From: Gammaproteobacteria bacterium
GTDB taxonomy: Bacteria > Desulfobacterota > Desulfobacteria > Desulfobacterales > JAFDCJ01
Assembly: GCA_049190255.1 (NCBI GenBank)
Contig: JAIVWA010000001.1
Span: 520 to 32,581, forward strand
Direction: 5' to 3'
DNA length: 32,062 bases
Shown: in pieces, positions 25,667 to 32,062 of the stretch
How the letters are laid out: the number at the start of each line of letters is the position of its first letter
How positions within the stretch are numbered: position 1 is the first letter of the stretch
The notes under the pieces: generated by a model
What the model was told of the DNA's origin: nothing
What the model saw: the letters and a program-made list of their open reading frames with translations, nothing else
The model's database searches: none
Translations under genes and position numbers: made by a program

Positions 25667-26064
25667 TCGCTCTATTGGACACCAATGTTCTGATTCGATT
25701 TTTAACACTCGATAAAGGAAAGAAGTATAAACGGTTATATCATTTCTTTGAAGCGCTGGAACACGGGGAAATGCGAGTGGAGTTGAAGCTAATTGTTTTA
25801 TTCCAGGTGATATTCGTTTTAAAAAGCTTTTACAAAGTTCCTAAAAAACTCATTGCCAATGGATTAGCAGACATCCTCAAATACAAAGGAATTACAATCA
25901 AGGATAAAAAACTCGTTCAACGCACACTGGAACTGTGGCATGATAAAAATGTGGAAATCGTAGACTGCTATCTGATAGCCTGTTTGGAAAAAGACGCCCA
26001 AAACATTTTATACAGTTATGATCGGGATTTCGATAAATTTAAAATTAACCGTAAAGAGCCCTGA
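25663..26064 (+). CDS. PIN-domain (VapC-family) toxin
   Basis: LLDTNVLIRFL, VDCYLIA, YSYDRDF; ATGA overlap with the antitoxin. Confidence 0.9.
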   Translation: MIALLDTNVLIRFLTLDKGKKYKRLYHFFEALEHGEMRVELKLIVLFQVIFVLKSFYKVPKKLIANGLADILKYKGITIKDKKLVQRTLELWHDKNVEIVDCYLIACLEKDAQNILYSYDRDFDKFKINRKEP

Positions 26065-26088
26065 AGGAGTCAGATAAGGAAGAAAACC

Positions 26089-26487
26089 ATGATTAAAGGA
26101 ATCGGACATCTGGGTATCGTCGTTGACGACATCGAAAAGAGCCTGGATGCTTTATCAAAAATTATGGAGTTTGAAAAACCCGCAATCAAAGAATTTCCGG
26201 ACAAGAAAATGCGCTGCACCGTTTTGGATGTAAACGGGCTGGCGCTGGAATTTCTCCAGGATAACAGCGAAGACGGCTTTCTGGCAAAATTCGGCAAAGA
26301 AAGAGGCAATGCCATTCATCATTTTTGCCTGTTATCCGACAACATCGAAGCGGACGTCGAGGATCTTAAACAGCGCGGCGTCGAAATGATGGATCAAAAA
26401 CCCCGGATCGGCTTAAGGGGAAAAAAGATCGCCATGACCCAGCCCAACGCTTTCAACGGCATTACCATTGAATTATCCGAACCATAA
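26089..26487 (+). CDS. VOC family protein (methylmalonyl-CoA epimerase-like)
   Basis: IGHLGIVVDDIE, LEFLQ, IHHFCL, PRIG, GITIELSE. Confidence 0.85.
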   Translation: MIKGIGHLGIVVDDIEKSLDALSKIMEFEKPAIKEFPDKKMRCTVLDVNGLALEFLQDNSEDGFLAKFGKERGNAIHHFCLLSDNIEADVEDLKQRGVEMMDQKPRIGLRGKKIAMTQPNAFNGITIELSEP

Positions 26488-26536
26488 AAACAAATTGTGA
26501 CTCCCGATCTACCAAAAAAATAAAGGAAAAGAAAAA

Positions 26537-28210
26537 ATGAGCAAACGCAGCGACTTAATGACCAAAGGACCGGAGCGGGCACCCCACCGTTCCTTATTGC
26601 GGGCTGACGGATTTACCGACTGGGAAATGGAGCGGCCGATGATCGGTATTGCCAACTCGTTTAACGAAATTATACCGGGCCATATGCATCTGGACAAGCT
26701 GGTGGATGCCGTAAAAGCGGGGATTTATGCCGCCGGCGGCACGCCGGTGGTGTTTAATACCATCGGCGTCTGCGACGGAATTGCCATGAATCATGTGGGC
26801 ATGAAATACTCGCTGCCCAGCCGGGAGTTAATCGCCGATTCCCTTGAAATTATGGCCACCTCCCACCCCTTTGACGGCCTGGTTCTATTGTCCTCCTGCG
26901 ACAAGATCATACCGGGGATGCTGATCGCCGCCGCCCGGCTGAACATACCCTCTATTTTCGTCTCCGGCGGCCCCATGCTGCCCGGAAAAGTGCATGGCAA
27001 AGATACCGGTCTGGACAAAGTATTTGAGGCTGTGGGTCGTTTTAAAAGCGGCAAAATATCCCAACAGGAGTTAACCGAATTTGAATGTGCCGCCTGCCCG
27101 GGGGCCGGCTCATGCTCGGGGATGTTTACCGCCAACACCATGAGCAACCTGGCCGAAGCCCTGGGAATGGCCCTGCCCTTTAACGGCAGCGTCCCGGCGG
27201 TGTTTGCCGAAAGGATCTGGCTGGCCAAACAAACCGGCTATAAAGCCGTGGAATTGGTAAATGCGGACATTAAACCGCGGGATATTATGACCAAGGAAGC
27301 TTTTTACAACACCATCGCCGCCGATATGGCATTGGGCGGCTCCACGAACTCGGCCCTGCACATTCCGGCCATTGCTTATTATACCGAAATCGATATGACC
27401 CTCAAAGATTTCGGGGAAGTATCTAAAAAAATCCCCCACCTGACCTCCATCGCGCCGGCCGGACCGCATCATGTGGTGGATTTCTTTTATGCCGGCGGCA
27501 TTCCGGCCATCATGGCGGAACTTAAACAATCAGAGCTTATCAATACCGAAACTATGACGGTTTACGGCAAACCACTGGGGGAGATGCTGACCGAAATTCA
27601 GGCCGGGATCAAAGACCCCTCTGTCATTCGTTCAGTGGATAAGCCGGTGCATCCCACCGGCGGCCTGGCGGTGTTAACCGGCAACCTGGCTCCGGACGGG
27701 GCCGTTGTCAAGCAGGCTGCCGTGGCTGATGAAATGCTCACACATTCGGGACCGGCCCGCATTTTCAGTTCGGAAGAGGAGGCTTTTCAAACCATCGTCG
27801 ACGGTAAAATCAACAAGGGTGAGGTTATTGTGGTTCGTTACGAAGGGCCCAAAGGCGGTCCCGGAATGCAGGAGATGCTTTCCCCGACCTCCGCTCTGGC
27901 CGGAATAGGAATGGACAAAGAAGTGGCCTTGATTACCGACGGCCGCTTTTCCGGGGCAAGCCATGGAGCCGCCATCGGGCATGTGTCTCCGGAAGCAGCC
28001 GCCGGAGGCCCGATCGCCGCCCTTGAAGATGGAGATATCATTGAAATCGACATCCCCAACAACAAACTGGATGTCCGGCTTCCAGAAAAAGAAATTGAAA
28101 AAAGACTGGCCGGACTGCCGGAATTTGAGCCTAAAATCAAAAGCGGCTATCTGGCAAGGTACGCGCTGATGGTTTCCAGTGCGGATAAAGGGGCCGTGTT
28201 TCCGAGATAG
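26537..28210 (+). CDS. ilvD: Dihydroxy-acid dehydratase
   Basis: PGHMHL, CDGIAM...[52 protein letters not shown]. Confidence 0.97.
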   Translation: MSKRSDLMTKGPERAPHRSLLRADGFTDWEMERPMIGIANSFNEIIPGHMHLDKLVDAVKAGIYAAGGTPVVFNTIGVCDGIAMNHVGMKYSLPSRELIADSLEIMATSHPFDGLVLLSSCDKIIPGMLIAAARLNIPSIFVSGGPMLPGKVHGKDTGLDKVFEAVGRFKSGKISQQELTEFECAACPGAGSCSGMFTANTMSNLAEALGMALPFNGSVPAVFAERIWLAKQTGYKAVELVNADIKPRDIMTKEAFYNTIAADMALGGSTNSALHIPAIAYYTEIDMTLKDFGEVSKKIPHLTSIAPAGPHHVVDFFYAGGIPAIMAELKQSELINTETMTVYGKPLGEMLTEIQAGIKDPSVIRSVDKPVHPTGGLAVLTGNLAPDGAVVKQAAVADEMLTHSGPARIFSSEEEAFQTIVDGKINKGEVIVVRYEGPKGGPGMQEMLSPTSALAGIGMDKEVALITDGRFSGASHGAAIGHVSPEAAAGGPIAALEDGDIIEIDIPNNKLDVRLPEKEIEKRLAGLPEFEPKIKSGYLARYALMVSSADKGAVFPR

Positions 28211-28233
28211 GCTGGCTGCTGGATATAACGGAC

Positions 28234-28355
28234 AGGCGTAGGGCTCAAGGCATAAGGCGCAAGGCAAATGAATTCTGTCATCTGTTTTCAGGATGCTGGA
28301 TACTGGGGACTTGTCACTGGTCGCTGGTCACTGGTTGCTTGTCACTGGTCTCTGG
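28234..28355. repeat. Adjacent heptamer tracts (AGGCGCA-type x4 and CTGGTCA-type x6)
   Basis: aggcgta gggctca aggcata aggcgca (28234-28261); cttgtca ctggtcg ctggtca ctggttg cttgtca ctggtct (28310-28351). Confidence 0.8.
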
Positions 28356-28399
28356 AATTATGTTTAATGAATGGATTCGATTATATCCTCTTATTCTTT

Positions 28400-28634
28400 G
28401 ACAGGATCTACAGGATTTATTGGATTTTTTATAATTGGCATAAAGCAGCCACAATTTTTTGGTACCGAAATTTTATAAAGAAACAAAATTGTGAAGTTTT
28501 CCTTTCCACCGAAGGTGGATTGGGTTTCATCAATTTCTTCCCGCCGTCGTCCTGATTGTTCAGGACTGTGGCGCGGCAGGGACCGGAAATTGATAAAGAC
28601 AAATAAATATCCTGATAATCCTGTTTATCCTGTC
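28400..28634. repeat. Element with 30-bp imperfect inverted ends built of 9-bp CAGGAT units
   Basis: GACAGGATCTACAGGATTTATTGGATTTTT vs AAATATCCTGATAATCCTGTTTATCCTGTC (23/30 complementary). Confidence 0.65.
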
Positions 28635-28702
28635 TAATTTAAAATAATATAATAGAATCCATTCCAATAAAATAGTAGTAAACATTATTAGAGGAGTGAG
28701 CT

Positions 28703-29569
28703 GTGAGGAAAATGATCCTGATCGGAATCGGTCTGCTGTGGATGCTGGTCACAACTACGAGCTGCGGCGCGGATGAAACGGGCAGTCGCTCGCAAGGCTG
28801 CGGCCGTGCCGCACCCGCCACACCGCCGGTCTCCATCGAGGTCGGCGGCCGCACCCGCGAGTTCATCTTCGTTGTGCCGGAATCCTACGACTCCGACGTG
28901 CCTCACCGCCTGATCTTCGCCTTCCACGGCCGCACCACCCCCAACACCCGGGTGCGGAAGTACTACCGCATCGAGCAGAACTCCAAAGTGCCGACGATTT
29001 TCGTATACCCTGCCGGTCTGATTGCTGCGGACGGCAAGTACAGCTGGTACGAACGCAGCGACCCGCGGGATCGCCTGCGGGATTTCGCCCTCTTCGACGC
29101 CCTGCTGGCGAAGTTCAGTTCCAGCTACTGCATCGACCTCGGGCAGGTTTTCGCAGTCGGCCACTCGCTGGGAGCAAGCTTTGCCAACAGCCTGGGCTGC
29201 GCCCGGGGGTCGGTTATCCGCGGCGTGGGTACGGTGGCAGGGCGCATCTGGGACATCAAGTGCAGCGGCCCGGCCGCTGCAATGATCATGCACAACCCTA
29301 ACGACAATCTGGTCCCCGTGTCACGCGGGCTGAGAGCCCGGGACTGGGCCCTGGCCCAAAACGGTCTTAAGCCGCCGGCCCGGCCCTGCGAACCCCGGAA
29401 CCTGAACTGCGAGTGCTACGGCCCGCCCGGAACCCCGAATCCGGTGGTCTGGTGTCCCCACACCCAAGACCTCAACCGCCAGGGAAAGTTCTATCCCCAC
29501 CTCTGGCCCAAAGAAGCGGGCGCAGCAATCATGGCGTTCTTCGACTCACTCCCGGCGTCTGCACAATAG
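28703..29569 (+). CDS. Secreted alpha/beta-hydrolase (PHB depolymerase/feruloyl esterase-like)
   Basis: Signal peptide; LIFAFHG, FVYPAG, YCID, nucleophile GHSLG, HNPNDNLVP, C-terminal H-LWP; RBS GAGGAG. Confidence 0.85.
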   Translation: MRKMILIGIGLLWMLVTTTSCGADETGSRSQGCGRAAPATPPVSIEVGGRTREFIFVVPESYDSDVPHRLIFAFHGRTTPNTRVRKYYRIEQNSKVPTIFVYPAGLIAADGKYSWYERSDPRDRLRDFALFDALLAKFSSSYCIDLGQVFAVGHSLGASFANSLGCARGSVIRGVGTVAGRIWDIKCSGPAAAMIMHNPNDNLVPVSRGLRARDWALAQNGLKPPARPCEPRNLNCECYGPPGTPNPVVWCPHTQDLNRQGKFYPHLWPKEAGAAIMAFFDSLPASAQ

Positions 29570-29661
29570 CAGTTCAACGTTCAGAAGATTAAATCCAAAT
29601 TGATGTTCAGTATTAAAAAACTGATCGGGAAGCTGCAGGTCCACCGCTTCAGATTGATCCG

Positions 29662-31839
29662 TTAAGTCTCTTTAAATGATTTGTTAAGATCCTTCTGGAT
29701 ATTAACCCATGAGTCTTCATTCAAAACTCTGATTATGGAGGTCAGAATTCTCTTGTTGCTGTCCAGCAGAACGGCATTCGACTTTTTCTTTAAAATAGAA
29801 TAGTAGTGCCGGCCGGCCTCGGTTTCAGAAAATGATAGATATTCTTCCAACTCGGACTCGGTTAATCCACGATAGGTATAGACAAATCCGGCAAATACAT
29901 ACTGGGCCGCCAATATATCCAGATACGGATCGATTTCGGTTTCAAATTTCTTAATAATCTCATCAATCGACGCCTGATCCACTTTATCCGAATCTGACAG
30001 AACCAGGTCCAGGATTTGATTCTGGACGATGAGATTGGTTTGCAATTCAACCATCGCTTCAGTGGAATAAGTCGCCTCATCCAGCCTCGAAAAGAGATTC
30101 GCCCTGGATGTGTTCTGGTATCTGGTAAGTCTGAAAGCGAGACGCATGGTGTTCACATACTCTTTTTTTTCGGAATAAGAACTGTATTCTATTTCGGCTA
30201 TTTTTTTCCCCAGGGATGTTTTATACCATTTCAAAACTTGTTCCAGTTCAGGTATCGTTAAGCTTGCAGCGATATTCTTCTGGATATACTCTTTTATTCT
30301 TTGCGGATTCGTTGCCAGCCTGATAACGTCTTTGAACCGCAATAATTTTTCATCAAATGACGGGATTTTTGAAGTGTCGGCTTCTTTATATTTCTCTTCA
30401 AATGACACCAATGCCATTTCGGTTAAACTATTGGCCTGTTTCGCTATACCGGCTTCTTTTATAATTTCAGCAGCCATCTTGGCTTTTAAAATCTCATTGG
30501 TCGGTTGGGAGGGTTTGTCTTTTCCTTTTTTAACCTCCGATTTCTCGTGTTTGATATGCTTGATAATTTCTTTTTGAAGCATCGCGAGATTTTCATTTTT
30601 ATCTTCACTGACCTTCTCGGTCCAGGCCGCGAGGTCTAAAGGTCGTCTATCCTCCATGGCAAGAATATTTTCGGCCGGGATGGCGAAATTCAAATTCTGC
30701 CCGTTTACTATCTGAAAAAATGCCACGCCGACAACTTTCCCATTCATATCAATTACCGGACTGCCGCTCGATCCTCTTGAAATCGGTGCCGTCATCTGAA
30801 AAGCGGTCCCTCTGTCCGGAATTTCCCGAATAGCCGAAATTATTCCATCGCTGACTGTCCGCCCCAGGCCCATGGGTGTGCCGATCACGATAATTTTATC
30901 GGCAATGTTGGGTTGATTCGGATCAATCTCCAGCCATGCTCCGGGCTTAAGCGTACCACCCGGAACGTTTATTACCAGCTTGATAAGATCTTGTTTTTCG
31001 TTTGCAGCTAAAACGAAATCCACTTTGTATTCTATATCGTTGTGGAATTTAATAACAGCGGAATAAGCGCCCTTGAGGACATGGTAATTTGTAATAAAAT
31101 CGCCATCCTGGCTGATAAAAAAACCGCTTCCCTGCTTGAATAGATTATTTCCGCTGTCATAGGTTAATACCGTGGCAACTGCCGGATTCACCCTATTAAA
31201 CAGGTCTCCGATACTGACATCCGAATTATCTGCAGCTGAATCATTCTCAGTCTCTGCAGAAGTGACGACTGCAGGCTGAGCAACTGCTGAAAGTTCGATA
31301 GTATCCGGTGAAGTTTCGGCCTCCGAAGGCGGATCGTCGTTCTTGGCCGTGACCTGAAAGTTGTATTTCTGCATGAGAAAAAATACAGCTCCGCCACAAA
31401 TCAGCAGTATTAAAACTGCTAAACTGCCGATAAGCAAAAAATTCTTTTTCTTACCCGTTTTTGCTGTTTGAGTTTCGGGTGCATTATTTGCCGGTGTTCT
31501 ATTGGCGGGGACTGATTTTTTGTCGGGTGCTTTTTTGACAGGCACTGCTTTTCGTTCTGACTTTTTGCTGACGGGGGCTGCTGTTGGTTCTGACTTTTTG
31601 CTGACGGGGGCTGCTGTTGGTTCTGACTTTTTGCTGACGGGCGCTGCTTTTTTTGAGGGCCTGGCCGCAGGTTTGGGGCTTACCTTTTGGGGCGCGGTGG
31701 GTGCCGGCGGCCTTGCAACAAAAAACGGTTTTTTACATTTTTTGCAGTTTGCTTCACATCCCTTTTCAGGAATTTTAGAGATGTCAACTTTAAATATGGT
31801 TTTACATGCCGGGCATTGGATATCTGTTATGCTGTCCAA
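29662..31839 (-). CDS. Zn-ribbon, linker, TM, trypsin-like serine protease and helical (DUF2059-like) protein
   Basis: CPAC...CKKC; TM FLLIGSLAVLILLICGGAVFFLM; GSGFFI, TNYHVL, DL, ISRGSSGSP; repeated ELE...F/WY.T..G motifs; TTG start after AAGGAG. Confidence 0.85.
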   Translation of the reverse strand: MDSITDIQCPACKTIFKVDISKIPEKGCEANCKKCKKPFFVARPPAPTAPQKVSPKPAARPSKKAAPVSKKSEPTAAPVSKKSEPTAAPVSKKSERKAVPVKKAPDKKSVPANRTPANNAPETQTAKTGKKKNFLLIGSLAVLILLICGGAVFFLMQKYNFQVTAKNDDPPSEAETSPDTIELSAVAQPAVVTSAETENDSAADNSDVSIGDLFNRVNPAVATVLTYDSGNNLFKQGSGFFISQDGDFITNYHVLKGAYSAVIKFHNDIEYKVDFVLAANEKQDLIKLVINVPGGTLKPGAWLEIDPNQPNIADKIIVIGTPMGLGRTVSDGIISAIREIPDRGTAFQMTAPISRGSSGSPVIDMNGKVVGVAFFQIVNGQNLNFAIPAENILAMEDRRPLDLAAWTEKVSEDKNENLAMLQKEIIKHIKHEKSEVKKGKDKPSQPTNEILKAKMAAEIIKEAGIAKQANSLTEMALVSFEEKYKEADTSKIPSFDEKLLRFKDVIRLATNPQRIKEYIQKNIAASLTIPELEQVLKWYKTSLGKKIAEIEYSSYSEKKEYVNTMRLAFRLTRYQNTSRANLFSRLDEATYSTEAMVELQTNLIVQNQILDLVLSDSDKVDQASIDEIIKKFETEIDPYLDILAAQYVFAGFVYTYRGLTESELEEYLSFSETEAGRHYYSILKKKSNAVLLDSNKRILTSIIRVLNEDSWVNIQKDLNKSFKET
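31555..31648. repeat. 33-bp coding tandem repeat (about 2.8 copies)
   Basis: TTCTGACTTTTTGCTGACGGGGGCTGCTGTTGG at 31555, 31588 and partially 31621; encodes AAPVSKKSEPT units. Confidence 0.9.
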
Positions 31840-31966
31840 AATTTACTCCTTTGGAGTAGATAATTGTTATCGATTATACAACTATGTATATCTGCCGGAA
31901 CCTAAATCTAATTTTGTCTATTAGGTTTATCAGCTAATCGTCAGATAACTTTAACAAAAATTTAAG

Positions 31967-32062
31967 ATGATGAGATACGGCAAATCCTATGGCAACGCTG
32001 ACCCCGAGATGATTGAGGGAGATGTGTTCAGAATTGTCGTGAAAGTACCGGAATTTGGGACG
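31967..32062 (+). pseudogene. Possible 5'-truncated fragment of an HATPase_c_4/RecG-C-like regulator (runs off the window)
   Basis: MMRYGKSYGNADPEMIEGDVFRIVVKVPEFGT resembles, from memory, the YG..DP..IEGDVFR.. segment of such proteins; no N-terminal part upstream. Confidence 0.4.

Noticed and set aside
28268-28555. 95-aa ORF after ilvD
   Set aside because: Translation of heptamer and 9-mer repeats (WSLVACHWSL, DRIYRIY); no protein-like features
27674-29293. Long antisense ORFs over ilvD and the esterase (similar ones over hrpB, fic and the binding protein)
   Set aside because: Shadow frames of well-supported genes with no recognisable motifs
32057-32062. GGGACG at the window end, matching the start of the 19-bp IR
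   Set aside because: Only 6 bp are visible, which is compatible with chance

Overview
Bacterial chromosomal window, probably from a Desulfobacterales-like deltaproteobacterium (inferred from gene content and repeat types). It mixes housekeeping and accessory genes. Left part: a sigma54-type ZraP/Spy-like gene, a long Fic protein behind a 24-bp-period direct-repeat array, an NMT1-type ABC transporter, a DUF3783-like gene, an StbD/StbE-like toxin-antitoxin pair, a MinD-like ATPase plus J-like/HTH gene, and hrpB. Middle: an intact HUH Y1 (RAYT-like) transposase bracketed by perfect 19-bp inverted repeats, head-to-head with a decayed paralog that the ORF track misses; then an SBP-TM-Cys-rich sensor, a paraoxonase-like lactonase and a deleted fetAB. 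Next is a respiratory reductive dehalogenase cluster: PAS-sigma54 activator, WSGPC thioredoxin, rdhB-rdhA-rdhC, an unannotated 37-aa membrane peptide and a cytidylate-kinase-like gene. Right part: TetR plus Tat nitroreductase with paired operators, AbrB/VapC, VOC protein, ilvD, a secreted esterase and a Zn-ribbon-TM-serine protease. Intergenic DNA is rich in MITE-like inverted repeats and 7-nt-period tracts. The best candidates for undescribed biology are the repeat array plus AbiEi-like/Fic gene, the TIR-bounded Y1 element family, and the accessory genes of the rdh operon. All family calls come from motif recognition by eye, not database searches.
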